Positions 1 through 9,980 are shown, counted from the first letter of the stretch. The stretch is DNA of 64,000 bases from Trichormus sp. ATA11-4-KO1 (GCA_019358915.1 JAHHIM010000055.1:128001-192000), one strand, 5' to 3'. Translations and numbers: made by a program. The notes: generated by a model from the letters alone, not told the origin.

Positions 1-834
1 CTAGATCAGGGTTACTATTATTTTAGGGATTTTACCGTTCCAGCCGGGGTATCAATAACCATAGATAAGCAGGCTAGGTTATTTTGTTCTGGTAACGTAA
101 GTATTCAAGGGGTAATAAATATTACAACGGCTGCTAATGGAGCGAGACCATTTTCAACCGGAACTATTAGTACGATAAATATTGGGGGGGTAACCGGTAC
201 AGGTCTTGGGGCAGGTTCAGGGTCTTCAGGGGCAGGTGTCACACCTTACCCTTACACAGCTCAACCTGTAGGGTCAGGAGGCGGTTTAGGGTTTGCAGGG
301 GGGGATTCAGGGGCTGTAGCCTTTGGGGGGGCAGGTTCCGGCGGAGGGAGTTTATGGGTAGAAGCCTCCGGTGAAATAACAGTATCCGGTAGCATAGTCG
401 CCAAAGGTACAGATGCCTCTATAGGGTTTATTACCAGTGGTACTAATGTATTAGTAAGTGGTTCCGGAGGGGGTTCCGGGGGTTTAGTATACTTATCCTC
501 CCTAGTTGGCGTTACTTGTACTAACACATCTGTTATTGACGTTAGAGGGGGTAACGGAGCTAGTGCAGTCCGAGTAGGCACAGGCAGCGCTAACGGTGGT
601 GGTGGTGGTGGTGGTGGCTGGCTAGTTTTAGCCAGTCCCTTTAATAATACTACGGGGGCTACTTTTTTATTGTCCGGGGGTACTCCAGGGGCTACTGTAG
701 GAGAAGGTACGGGGGCACTAGGTGGTGGTACTGGTGGTGCTTACGGTGGTGCCGGAGGTGGTGCCGGATCTACCCCCCAATCAGGGGGTACCGGGCGATT
801 AGTTTTATTATCCTTCGTACCTATAGGTAGTTGA
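1..834 (+). CDS. Gly-rich phage tail fibre protein, C-terminal part (5' end outside window)
   Basis: Frame +1 is open from base 1 (LDQGYYYFRDFTVPAGVSITID...GSGGGSGG...GGGGGGGG...VPIGS) to TGA at 832-834. Absent from the ORF track because no start codon lies in the window. Confidence 0.75.
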   Translation, partial: LDQGYYYFRDFTVPAGVSITIDKQARLFCSGNVSIQGVINITTAANGARPFSTGTISTINIGGVTGTGLGAGSGSSGAGVTPYPYTAQPVGSGGGLGFAGGDSGAVAFGGAGSGGGSLWVEASGEITVSGSIVAKGTDASIGFITSGTNVLVSGSGGGSGGLVYLSSLVGVTCTNTSVIDVRGGNGASAVRVGTGSANGGGGGGGGWLVLASPFNNTTGATFLLSGGTPGATVGEGTGALGGGTGGAYGGAGGGAGSTPQSGGTGRLVLLSFVPIGS

Positions 835-835
835 T

Positions 836-1225
836 ATGTATATTTTAATACTAAATAATGAAATAGTAGGAAGCTCCGACACTCCTGTGGGGTTGCCACT
901 AGGGTTTTCATCCATAGAGTATCCTGAATCATCTCTAGACACCCTTTATTACAGTGACGGAGAAGTTAGGGTTAAGCCAAATAAACCTAACCCAGAAGCG
1001 TATTGGGATAACCAAAGTAATAGATGGGCTACCCTAGAGCCTGTGAGGTTACCTCATCCAAACCCGCTAACCCAGCATAACCTGGCTGCGGCTATATACA
1101 ACCATATAAAGCTACTAGACGAGCCGTTAGCCGATGTAATAGCGTTGTTACTAGCTTTGCAGCAAGGAGACTCGGCGGAGATCGCTATCAGGAGAACTCG
1201 GTTAACTGAACAGTTTGATAAGTGA
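836..1225 (+). CDS. Putative tail fibre assembly/chaperone protein
   Basis: Starts 1 bp after the fibre stop. The KPNKPNPEAYWDNQSNRW motif resembles tail-assembly chaperones. Confidence 0.5.
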   Translation: MYILILNNEIVGSSDTPVGLPLGFSSIEYPESSLDTLYYSDGEVRVKPNKPNPEAYWDNQSNRWATLEPVRLPHPNPLTQHNLAAAIYNHIKLLDEPLADVIALLLALQQGDSAEIAIRRTRLTEQFDK

Positions 1226-1255
1226 CATATTATTAGTAGTACCATACACTAAACT

Positions 1256-1594
1256 ATGTATAAAATACTACTAACAGAACAACCAGAAATCGTACAACCT
1301 GCTCCGGTGTATGGTATCCCACCGGAGATTCAAGGGGTACTAAGAAATGGTAGCTATGCCATCATCGTTTTTTTCTTTATAATATTCTGGATAACTAGAA
1401 AATCCATTGGGGATTTTACTAAAGAACACTTAAGCATGATGAAGTCCCTAACGGATTCCAATAAACAACACTCGGAAAACTCAGAAAAAATGGTTAAGTC
1501 AGTGGAAAGGTCTACAAGAACTAATATAGTGTTAACTAAAATACTTGCTAAGTACTTAAATATAGACCTTGATGCGCTTAACAGAGAGGACTAA
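1256..1594 (+). CDS. Holin-like single-TM protein with C-terminal coiled coil
   Basis: One hydrophobic segment (YAIIVFFFIIFWI) followed by a helical tail, located after the tail genes. Confidence 0.45.
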   Translation: MYKILLTEQPEIVQPAPVYGIPPEIQGVLRNGSYAIIVFFFIIFWITRKSIGDFTKEHLSMMKSLTDSNKQHSENSEKMVKSVERSTRTNIVLTKILAKYLNIDLDALNRED

Positions 1595-2742
1595 TCTAAA
1601 TCCTCACCTAAACCTAAGAAGTAGGTTTGACTAACCCCGTCTGGTTGCATTAAGTTAATCATTAAGCTATCCGTAAACGGGCTAGTCCAGTTGTTAGCTA
1701 GTAGATGGTCTAACGGTTCCCCGTTAATGGTAACTGAGTCTACCTCAGTTACCCCTGGCACCAATCGGGCGTTATAAGATATCTCATTAATCTTAACCTT
1801 AGTGCCCCAGGGGTATGTTAAGGGACTTAGGTAGTCATAAACTGCTTGGGCTATCTGTGTTGCCAATGTCTCCGATACCTCATCTACCCCACAGGTTATT
1901 TCTATAGCTAAGCTATCTAAGAGGCATGGGCTGACCCAAACCTTGCTGGCTGCAAAAGAGCGTAGCTGTAAAGCAGCCTGGATAACTTGACAGGTACCCG
2001 TAGAGGCTGGGGTACCCGTAGAATCGCATAGGAATAAATGTACTTGTCCTGGAACCTCTACGGTTTTATCCGAGTTTAAGAAAGGAATGCATACCGCCTT
2101 AGACCCGTCACCTAGTTCATCTTGTGCGGCTAACTCGTAATCAGTTGCGCTAACCAATACCTCACGACTCCTTAGTTGCTGTTGAGCGCGTGATATGGTG
2201 TTAGTAATATCCTCTAGGTCAGACCCTCCGGTTAGTGCTTGGGGGTTATATATACCTTGCAAAAAGTTTATTCCTGGGTTAGTTAATGTCAGGGCAAACT
2301 CTGGAACATTTAAGTCAGAGCCGGTACGTGCAGCAGTTACCAGCACGTCTGCCTCAGTAGCCCCTGGGGGTATCACTAGCTGTTCAGCAAGGATAAAGAA
2401 ACTATCCTTATACGGTACAGCATACCCAGGGTTTACCACGAACTCGGAGGCTAAAGGGGTTTGCAGTAAAAACCTGAGGTACCCTGAGGCTTTAGTCCCG
2501 TCAGACCGTGTAACCCCTAGTAGTCTAAAAGACTCTAAGGCTAAAGCCTCAGGCAACATATTCAAATAAAACAGTAGCTCAGCTATACCAAACATCTGCC
2601 CTTCTACTAATGCAGCCACCGGGCTACCTGGTCTAAAGTCATTTAGTTGCCCGTTACTAGCCTCACGTATCCTATTATACGCTAGCTGTACTAGTTCATC
2701 TTCATTCTGGTTATCAAGTATCAGCTTAGGGATTTCTGCCAT
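1591..2742 (-). CDS. Baseplate J/gp47 family protein
   Basis: NDFRPGSP, LGVTR..GTKASG, LTGGSDLE, ATDYE and VPGV motifs typical of baseplate J; 383 aa. Confidence 0.88.
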   Translation of the reverse strand: MAEIPKLILDNQNEDELVQLAYNRIREASNGQLNDFRPGSPVAALVEGQMFGIAELLFYLNMLPEALALESFRLLGVTRSDGTKASGYLRFLLQTPLASEFVVNPGYAVPYKDSFFILAEQLVIPPGATEADVLVTAARTGSDLNVPEFALTLTNPGINFLQGIYNPQALTGGSDLEDITNTISRAQQQLRSREVLVSATDYELAAQDELGDGSKAVCIPFLNSDKTVEVPGQVHLFLCDSTGTPASTGTCQVIQAALQLRSFAASKVWVSPCLLDSLAIEITCGVDEVSETLATQIAQAVYDYLSPLTYPWGTKVKINEISYNARLVPGVTEVDSVTINGEPLDHLLANNWTSPFTDSLMINLMQPDGVSQTYFLGLGEDLD

Positions 2743-2756
2743 TTATTATAACTAAG

Positions 2757-3842
2757 TCATATTGGCAACGTGGGTAAATCAGGGCGGTTAATCATATGCC
2801 CATAAGTCTTGATGACCATAGATGTATCACTATGACCAGCCAAATACGCAATACCCGTTAATGGTATCCCTTGCTCTATAGCATGGGAAATCATAGTATG
2901 TCTCATGGTGTACGGCTTACGGTAAGGCACTCCTTGGGCTTTTAACACACTAGCCCATTGGCGGTTACGAAAGTTATCTGCGTCTATAGGTCTCCCTTTG
3001 GGTGTGGTGAACACTAGGCTGTCAGGAGTAACCTTAGCGAGGTTAATAAAACTTAACACAGCTTGTAGCTCTAAGGATAATGGGAGGTGCCTAATATTAC
3101 CAGTCTTGGTCTCTTTACGTATTCTACGGTAGCCGTTACCCGTCAAATCTTTAGGTAAACTTTCCTTAATGGTTATATCCGCCCGGTCGAAGTCAATGTT
3201 ACCCCAGGTTAACCCGATGGCTTCGGAAGTCCTAACACCAGTAGCGAGTAAAAACCTTACAAAGGGGCTATAGTGCGGCTCTAGTGTGTCAAAACCTTCT
3301 AGTATAGCTTTTATCTCACTTAGTGTAAAGGGTTTTATTTCCTTGGGTTTATCCTTACGAGGTTTTATGGTGTCATAAGGGTTACTAAGTATGATACCTC
3401 GGCTAACCGCCCACTTGCAGCAAGCCTTTAGCATACTGAGACGTGTTCTAAAAGTCTTGGGGGATATCTCGGACTTGGTTAGCCATTGGATATCCTCTAA
3501 CCCTGGGTTGGTTTTAGTAATCATTACGCGCGTCCATCGGTAATGGTTAGCCTTGGTACTTTCCGTTAGCTCTAGTGAGTCTACCCATAAATCCCAAAGG
3601 TCTAGTAACTTCTTGGGCTTCGCATAAGGCTTAGGAGATAACCTGTAACTGTTTAATGTACTGTCGAAGTGCCCAGATAGGATATCATTCTGTATTTTGT
3701 TAGCGATCGCAGAAGCCGTAAATAAATCCCTTCTATTCCCGAAGTGTCCACCAGGTATAGGGTTGAAGCTATAGCGCTTACCACCAAAACTAAACTTCAA
3801 CTGGATAGACCCATTATTGTTAACTGGCTTTATTTCTCTCAT
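2757..3842 (-). CDS. Phage tyrosine integrase with N-terminal arm-binding domain
   Basis: Catalytic set TGVRTSEA, KTG, YTMRHT, AGH and KTYGH is present; lies next to the att site. Confidence 0.93.
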   Translation of the reverse strand: MREIKPVNNNGSIQLKFSFGGKRYSFNPIPGGHFGNRRDLFTASAIANKIQNDILSGHFDSTLNSYRLSPKPYAKPKKLLDLWDLWVDSLELTESTKANHYRWTRVMITKTNPGLEDIQWLTKSEISPKTFRTRLSMLKACCKWAVSRGIILSNPYDTIKPRKDKPKEIKPFTLSEIKAILEGFDTLEPHYSPFVRFLLATGVRTSEAIGLTWGNIDFDRADITIKESLPKDLTGNGYRRIRKETKTGNIRHLPLSLELQAVLSFINLAKVTPDSLVFTTPKGRPIDADNFRNRQWASVLKAQGVPYRKPYTMRHTMISHAIEQGIPLTGIAYLAGHSDTSMVIKTYGHMINRPDLPTLPI

Positions 3843-3920
3843 TGTCCTAGTGAGGTCTTAAGGTTGACATTATGGCAACCGGGGAAACCATTAAGGGTCA
3901 AGAAGTTAACGTTAATGCTT

Positions 3921-3968
3921 GCTGCGATCGCACCGCAGAGGTCAGGGATTCGAGTTCCCTATTCTCCA
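3921..3968 (+). other. att core (attR): duplicated 3' half of tRNA-Ala(CGC)
   Basis: GCTGCG-ATCGCAC-CGCAG anticodon arm (CGC), AGGGA-TTCGAGT-TCCCT T arm and ATTCTCCA 3' end. No 5' acceptor strand or D arm upstream. Confidence 0.85.
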
Positions 3969-4155
3969 TTTTGACATTAAAATTAAAAACTCTAAATTTG
4001 AGCATAATTTTTCACAGACACGATACTGGGAAAATTTAGCAGGATAATACTTTATCAAATTCTAAATTCAAAAATATAGCTATTAAATAAGGTATGATGC
4101 CGGAATTGTTAACAGTAAAAACTTCCTTAAAATATGATTTAGATGATTCAAGACT

Positions 4156-4641
4156 ATGGCGAATAAATATAAAATATATCTGGATGTTTGTTGTTTAAAT
4201 CGTCCATTTGACGACCAAACACAGATACAAATTCATCTGGAAACAGAAGCAATTTTAGAAACTATCAGCCGTTGTCTATCCAGAGAGTGGGAGTTAGTTA
4301 GTAGCACAGCCCTTGAATCAGAAATTGCTAGAACCCCAGACATAACCAGAAGAGAACAGGTACAAAAAGTATTAGCGATTGCTCAACATAAGATTTTAGT
4401 CACCGAAAAAATCTCTAGACGAGCTATGGAGTTAACAAACTTTAATATTAAAAATTTTGATGCACTTCATATAGCTTGTGCTGAAGGTAACGCCGATATT
4501 TTCCTGACAACTGATAACCGTTTATTGTCAAAGGCATTAAGCTATAAGAATAACATAAACATAATGGTTACTAATCCAATGATATGGTTGGCAGAAATTA
4601 CCACCAATCTTGTAGAAGGAGGAGGAAATGACTTCGATTGA
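4156..4641 (+). CDS. PIN-domain (VapC-like) toxin
   Basis: IYLDVCCLNRPFDD, FDALHIACA and LTTD acidic PIN motifs. Confidence 0.85.
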   Translation: MANKYKIYLDVCCLNRPFDDQTQIQIHLETEAILETISRCLSREWELVSSTALESEIARTPDITRREQVQKVLAIAQHKILVTEKISRRAMELTNFNIKNFDALHIACAEGNADIFLTTDNRLLSKALSYKNNINIMVTNPMIWLAEITTNLVEGGGNDFD

Positions 4642-4843
4642 ATTATATAGAAAAGGATTTCAAGCCCTAGTAGATGCTTTGGGATATGCTGATGCTATCC
4701 GATTTATTCGCCAATTTGACAATGGAAATGGAGACTACACCCAAGAACGTCATCAATGGCTCGATCAGCTAACGATGGATGAAATCCTCACAGACATTAA
4801 ACAACGCCAAAAAATATCTGATTCAAAGAACCAGGAACAATAA
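4628..4843 (+). CDS. Putative antitoxin (toxin-first order)
   Basis: 71 aa, overlaps the PIN gene. GFQALVDALG..DAIRFIRQF...GDYT.ER motif seen in PIN-associated antitoxins. Confidence 0.7.
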   Translation: MTSIELYRKGFQALVDALGYADAIRFIRQFDNGNGDYTQERHQWLDQLTMDEILTDIKQRQKISDSKNQEQ

Positions 4844-4944
4844 TGAGTCAAGTTGGACAAAGGGAATGCTAAATCTAATACCGCAAACACGGCATGATAC
4901 AGGAATTAATAAATGAGAAGACAAGACTAATTGGCAATTATTAA
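4843..4944 (+). pseudogene. Scars of a type I R-M locus (hsdR start and hsdS end)
   Basis: 4843-4872 encodes MSQVGQREC*, like an HsdR N-terminus, coupled by TAATG. 4885-4944 encodes KHGMIQELINEKTRLI, like the HsdS C-terminal KQGMMQELLTGKTRL. Confidence 0.45.
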
Positions 4945-5030
4945 TCAACGCCAAGGGTCTTGACCACCAATTCACACCTGATTTGAATTAGAAACGTCCC
5001 TTATCCCATCAACATTTCTAGATTCGCTTT

Positions 5031-6596
5031 TTAATCTTCGGAGAGTGACAGCAGAGGGTGATTATGCAACGCTATAACTTTAATTAAATACTGTGTCAAA
5101 GTAAACGCATCCACGCCTAATTCTGTACGCTCTTGGGTAGCTAATATCCCCGCTTGCGAATGCCACCAAGCCGCAGTGGCGACAATTTTATTCAGAGAAA
5201 TTTGTCTAGTCGTCGTTTCTGCTAACAATCCACCAATTAAGCCAGTTAAAACATCGCCACTACCACCACGTGCTAAAGCAGGGGTACTTTCAGGATTAAT
5301 TAAAACATCTTGGGAGTTAGCGATCGCAGTTCTTGCCCCTTTCAACAACACAATAGACCCAGTTTGCGCCGCCGCTTCCCGTACAGCTTTTACTCTATCT
5401 TGTTTGGGGTCGGTAATATCGGGAAATAAACGCCGGAATTCACCAGTGTGGGGTGTCAGCACCGTTGGCGCTTCTCGTTTTTGCAAAGTGGGAATTGTGC
5501 CTATCTGTGCCAAGATATTTAAACCATCGGCATCGAGAATCAAAGGACGATCGCTCTCGATTACCTCTTGCACAATGGGAGTAGCATCTAGTGTTAAACC
5601 AGGGCCACAGGCGATCGCACTAAAGGAAGTCAAATCAGTTTTTTCTGGCAATTGCAGATGAGCGATCGCACCAGTTTCCGTCTCTGGACAACCGATAATT
5701 AGTGCCTCTGGTAAATGCGACACTAAAAGAGGTTTCAAAGAGTCTGGTACAGCAATGGAGAGCATTCCTACACCACTAGCACGCGCACCCAAACCAGTTA
5801 AAATTGCTCCACCAGCATAGCGCCGCGAACCACAAATTATGAATAAATGTCCTTCTTTATACTTATGGGTGACTGGTGGACGAGGTAAGGGCAAAGTAGA
5901 AAGTGCCATTGCTGGGGTAATGCGTTTAATGCTGGGTGCATTTCCTAAAACAGCTTGCACATCAGCCAAAGGAATATCAAAATCGATGAGTTCAGCTTGG
6001 CCAATATAATCTAAACTCTGATCCTGCAAAAAAGCCAGCTTCCATAAACCCAGGCAAAACGTATGCGTGGCGCGAATGGCTGTTCCTAACACTCCACCCG
6101 TATCAGTGTGTAAACCCGCAGGCAAATCGATACTAAAAATTGGTTTACCCCATTCATTGAGCCGATTAATTGCTAATGCGATCGCATCGGTAAGTGGTCT
6201 TTCTAAACCAAATCCAAACAACCCTTCAATCAAAAAATCACAATCTGGTAATTGCTCAAGTTCTTGATAGTAAGGAATACCCAAACTCTGGGCATAGCGT
6301 AAGTGCTGCGAAGTTAATTCCTTATGCTGAGAAAAAGGAGAATATATCCAAACCTGATATCCACAAAAGTATAATTCACGAGCTACCACCAAAGCATCGC
6401 CCCCATTGTGACCCGGGCCAACCAAAATCCCTACACGCGATCCCTTCACCTCCTGAACACGACGGGTAATTAGTCTCCCCACCTTTTCCATCAAAGCCGC
6501 TACAGGCATTCCTGCTGCAAAGATCCGCTCTTCAATATCCCGCATTTGCCCAGCAGTGACTACGACTTGTGAAATTCGTTCTTGCCTATCCTGCAT
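5031..6596 (-). CDS. nnr: Bifunctional NAD(P)H-hydrate epimerase/dehydratase
   Basis: YjeF_N motif GPGHNGGD plus kinase-fold motifs GPGL, DADGL, TPH.GE and GGSGDVL. Confidence 0.93.
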   Translation of the reverse strand: MQDRQERISQVVVTAGQMRDIEERIFAAGMPVAALMEKVGRLITRRVQEVKGSRVGILVGPGHNGGDALVVARELYFCGYQVWIYSPFSQHKELTSQHLRYAQSLGIPYYQELEQLPDCDFLIEGLFGFGLERPLTDAIALAINRLNEWGKPIFSIDLPAGLHTDTGGVLGTAIRATHTFCLGLWKLAFLQDQSLDYIGQAELIDFDIPLADVQAVLGNAPSIKRITPAMALSTLPLPRPPVTHKYKEGHLFIICGSRRYAGGAILTGLGARASGVGMLSIAVPDSLKPLLVSHLPEALIIGCPETETGAIAHLQLPEKTDLTSFSAIACGPGLTLDATPIVQEVIESDRPLILDADGLNILAQIGTIPTLQKREAPTVLTPHTGEFRRLFPDITDPKQDRVKAVREAAAQTGSIVLLKGARTAIANSQDVLINPESTPALARGGSGDVLTGLIGGLLAETTTRQISLNKIVATAAWWHSQAGILATQERTELGVDAFTLTQYLIKVIALHNHPLLSLSED

Positions 6597-6759
6597 CAGT
6601 CCTGAGTCCTGAATTATGAGTACTAAATTTTGAGTTGGGAATTAACTGATTTGAAAAAACTTGGTGTCTTTGTGCCTTGGTGGTAAAAAACTTTCACCCA
6701 CTAAGACACAAAAAGGTGTTACATGTTCTGTTTTACCTCTTGACTCAGGAAAGAAGCAC

Positions 6760-7536
6760 TTACCTTCCGTAGTAAACCCTGGCGTTACCGTAACCCAGAT
6801 TTCGCAAATATTTGTTCCACTGCTCCGCCTCTGTCCGCCCAGCAAAAGGCCCCACGGCTATGTGTGGGCCTCGTGGTTGTTCTCTTTCCAGGACGATGCC
6901 ATACTGTCCTATATTTCGCCTGATGTTGTCTGCAATTACTGGGATCTCTCTCGAGTCGGCGGGAATGGCAACATAGTAGTTAGACTGCTGCCTTTGATGA
7001 TTGGGGCTACCAGGAAGAGTAGGTATTTCCTGTCCGGTAGTAGAAAAACTCGCAGAAGTGGGTATTTCCCGTCCATCAGCAAAACTGACAAGTCTTGCTT
7101 CATTGATGCCGTATGAACGCAGCTCTGCAAGCCGATTTTGAGCGTTAGCTAGTCTATCAAAGATTCCTGTCTGAATTACAGAACGTCCTTGATACTGACG
7201 GATATAAGCTCCAGGTTCAATCTGACGTACTAGTTGCAATGTCTGGAAATTACCACTATCAACATAAACTAAGTAGCGCTGAAAATTCTGGCTATACTGA
7301 TTAGCCTGCACTGGTTGGTAAGGCTGCAAGTTCTGGTTATATTGGTAAAATTCCACTGGTTCTGCTGGTCGGACATTTGGCAGTGGTGGTAAAGTTTGCT
7401 GAGCCAGAAAAACGCTGTGATTGTTGTCGATGCGGATTTGTGCTGGGCTACTGTAGGGAATCAATGCCAAACAGCTTCCCCAAAATAAGGGCAACATCGG
7501 CAATGCGAGCAATTTACCCGGTAATTGATTGGTCAT
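6760..7536 (-). CDS. Secreted protein with SPOR-like repeats
   Basis: Signal peptide and two SPOR-like units (IQTGIFDRLANAQ; VGPFAGRTEAEQ). Confidence 0.6.
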   Translation of the reverse strand: MTNQLPGKLLALPMLPLFWGSCLALIPYSSPAQIRIDNNHSVFLAQQTLPPLPNVRPAEPVEFYQYNQNLQPYQPVQANQYSQNFQRYLVYVDSGNFQTLQLVRQIEPGAYIRQYQGRSVIQTGIFDRLANAQNRLAELRSYGINEARLVSFADGREIPTSASFSTTGQEIPTLPGSPNHQRQQSNYYVAIPADSREIPVIADNIRRNIGQYGIVLEREQPRGPHIAVGPFAGRTEAEQWNKYLRNLGYGNARVYYGR

Positions 7537-8065
7537 AATAGTAACAACTTTCTTTTTAGAACTAATAAATACAACACTGTAACAACTATCTTCTATCTGT
7601 ATATTTTTAGCTTAGAATTATGTAGACTTGTGTGGCAATAAATACAAGAAAAATTTTACCAATTGCCGTAGTCACATAGGTGAGAACAGTGTTGATGCAA
7701 CAGAGCAATCAAGTAACTGGGTTAATACTCAGCACTCAGCACTTTATTTGTTAGTTAGTCACAAAACTGAAGCGCTTTACTCGCAAGGCTTTGCAGATAT
7801 ATGTGCTACAATCGGACAGTTACACAACTTTCGTGACGTATTTGCATGAAAAGCCTCTACTCGCCAACCGAGTACAGCGTTACCTTGGCAAATACCCGAA
7901 AAAAGAAATTTCGAGAGTGTAGGCTACTACCGATCGCAATCACAGTAAACACCAAAAGAATGTGGCCTTAATTGCTGAAAATTCAAAGTTAGAAACTGGA
8001 AGTGTCGTCAGGGATAGAATTTATCTCTTTCAATGGCAGCCAATAGCCTAGCAAAATTTAGGGAT

Positions 8066-9136
8066 ATGAAAAAAGTCGTCGTGGGTCTTTCTGGTGGTGT
8101 TGATAGTTCCACCGCAGCTGCAATCCTGCATCATCAGGGCTATGAAGTAATTGGTTTGACCCTTTGGCTGATGAAAGGCAAAGGCCAGTGTTGCTCTGAA
8201 GGGATGATCGACGCGGCTTATATCTGTGAACAACTGGGTGTTACCCATCATGTTGTTGATATTCGAGATGTCTTTCAAACCAATATTGTTGACTACTTAG
8301 TCACTGGTTACAGTGCGGGGATCACTCCTTTGCCTTGCTCTCAGTGCAATAAAACAGTGAAATTTGGGCCAATGGTAGAATATGCCCATGAACAACTAGG
8401 ATGCGATCGCATTGCTACTGGTCATTATGCTCAAATTAGCTATGACGCAGCTACTGGGCGTTACCAGTTGCTAAGGGCAGTTGACCGCAACAAAGACCAG
8501 TCTTATTTTTTGTATGATTTATCACAGGATTTACTAGCAGCAACAGTATTTCCTCTAGGAGAATTGCAAAAAGCCGACACTCGCCGCATCGCCACCGAAT
8601 ACGGACTAAAAACCGCCGACAAGCCAGAAAGTCAAGATTTGTGCTTAGTCGAAAGTAACGGTTCCATGCGCGCGTTTCTGGATAAGTATCTTGCTCCCAA
8701 AAAAGGCGATATTGTGGATACTACAGGTAAAATTTTGGGTCAGCACGATGGTGTCCATCACTATACAATTGGACAGCGTAAAGGTTTGGGAATTGCTGCA
8801 CCTGAACCACTGTATGTAATTGCATTAGATGCAGTAAATAATAAAGTAATAGTAGGCGATCGCACCAAAGTCACCCAGCCAGAATGTACAGTAAATCGTG
8901 TTAACTGGGTTTCTATTGCCGAACCATCGACCCCAATTCGTGGCACAGTGCAAATTCGTTATCGTTCCACCCCGACACCAGTAACAGTGATTCCTTTGGA
9001 AAACTCCCGTGTCCGCTTGGTGTTTGATGAACCACAATTCAGCATCACCCCTGGACAAGCTGCGGTGTGGTACGACGGTGATAGAGTTTTAGGTGGCGGG
9101 ATTATTGAACAATTGAACAAGCAGGAAGAAGGATGA
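8066..9136 (+). CDS. mnmA: tRNA 2-thiouridine(34) synthase
   Basis: SGGVDS PP-loop, PCSQCN, ATGHY, KDQSYFL, ESQDLC and TPGQ. Likely start MKKVVV at 8066. Confidence 0.96.
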   Translation: MKKVVVGLSGGVDSSTAAAILHHQGYEVIGLTLWLMKGKGQCCSEGMIDAAYICEQLGVTHHVVDIRDVFQTNIVDYLVTGYSAGITPLPCSQCNKTVKFGPMVEYAHEQLGCDRIATGHYAQISYDAATGRYQLLRAVDRNKDQSYFLYDLSQDLLAATVFPLGELQKADTRRIATEYGLKTADKPESQDLCLVESNGSMRAFLDKYLAPKKGDIVDTTGKILGQHDGVHHYTIGQRKGLGIAAPEPLYVIALDAVNNKVIVGDRTKVTQPECTVNRVNWVSIAEPSTPIRGTVQIRYRSTPTPVTVIPLENSRVRLVFDEPQFSITPGQAAVWYDGDRVLGGGIIEQLNKQEEG

Positions 9137-9214
9137 AGTTTGGATGGGGATTGGGACTCCACCCAAATAGGTACTGCTGAACAAGAAGTCAGAAGTTCGC
9201 CGGAATCAGGAGGA

Positions 9215-9772
9215 TCATTCTTCCTTCTTCCCTCTGACTTCTGACTTCGTTGTTTCTGTATAATGGGGTACCCATCCTTCTACAGTAGTAAAATAGCGCA
9301 CTGCTTTAAAATGCAACAATGCTGTAGGACTACACCAATGCTCTACCCCATCAGGAATTTGCATATAATCTTGGGACTGAACTAAAAGCTGTACCTGGCT
9401 ACCATCAGGTTTCACAAAACCAAAAATCATCTCTCCTGCCAACACATAAAGGGGTTCAGGAGCAGTATGAGTATGATAACGACTGTAAGTAGCTATCAAA
9501 TTCTGAAGATGCGGTGAGCCTGGATGCAAATTCCACAAGTCACACCAAAGATAGCCATTCTCTTGTTGGAGAAATTCAAAGATGCTGTTGTGCAGCTCGA
9601 CAATCTGGTGTTTCTCTGCATCAGTCAAAACTTCCTGTGCTAAAAGATTAGGGAAGAGAAGCGATGTACCTGGATTATATTGTTTCAAGTAGATGCCGAG
9701 AGGGGTGAGTTCATCCACTATCTCACGCAAATCGCTCTTGATTGTCCCGTCGTCTAGTAAGAGGGTAGCCAT
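9215..9772 (-). CDS. Acireductone dioxygenase-like cupin
   Basis: HTH...E...H metal motif and an AVRYFTTVEGW tail typical of ARD/MtnD. Confidence 0.7.
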   Translation of the reverse strand: MATLLLDDGTIKSDLREIVDELTPLGIYLKQYNPGTSLLFPNLLAQEVLTDAEKHQIVELHNSIFEFLQQENGYLWCDLWNLHPGSPHLQNLIATYSRYHTHTAPEPLYVLAGEMIFGFVKPDGSQVQLLVQSQDYMQIPDGVEHWCSPTALLHFKAVRYFTTVEGWVPHYTETTKSEVRGKKEE

Positions 9773-9980
9773 GACAAAAGACTAATTAACTACTGTGAAG
9801 AATAAAAAGAGTATACATAACTTTAAAGCAATAAACTACTATTTCCGATAGACAAACCGGAGATTGTATTTCATAAAATATGTTGTTCAGTGCCAACCTG
9901 CAACGCCAAATGCTTGATAAATCACTGCATCACTAGAGACAGTCAAGTAATTCTACCACCGGGATATCTTTTACAACTAA

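Larger units (their letters stand above)
1..3968. mobile_element. Right end of a temperate myovirus-like prophage integrated at tRNA-Ala(CGC)
   Basis: Tail fibre, baseplate J, holin-like and integrase genes followed by a tRNA 3' fragment. Oligonucleotide usage changes abruptly at about 3970. Confidence 0.88.

Noticed and set aside
261..932. Pro-rich minus-strand ORFs 261-581 and 741-932
   Set aside because: Antisense shadows of the Gly-rich tail fibre frame.
1..2742. Contractile injection system or tailocin instead of prophage
   Set aside because: The adjacent intact integrase, tRNA-derived att and foreign oligonucleotide signature favour a prophage. Capsid genes cannot be checked in this window.
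3921..3968. Functional tRNA-Ala gene
   Set aside because: The 5' acceptor strand and D arm are missing; treated as an att remnant.
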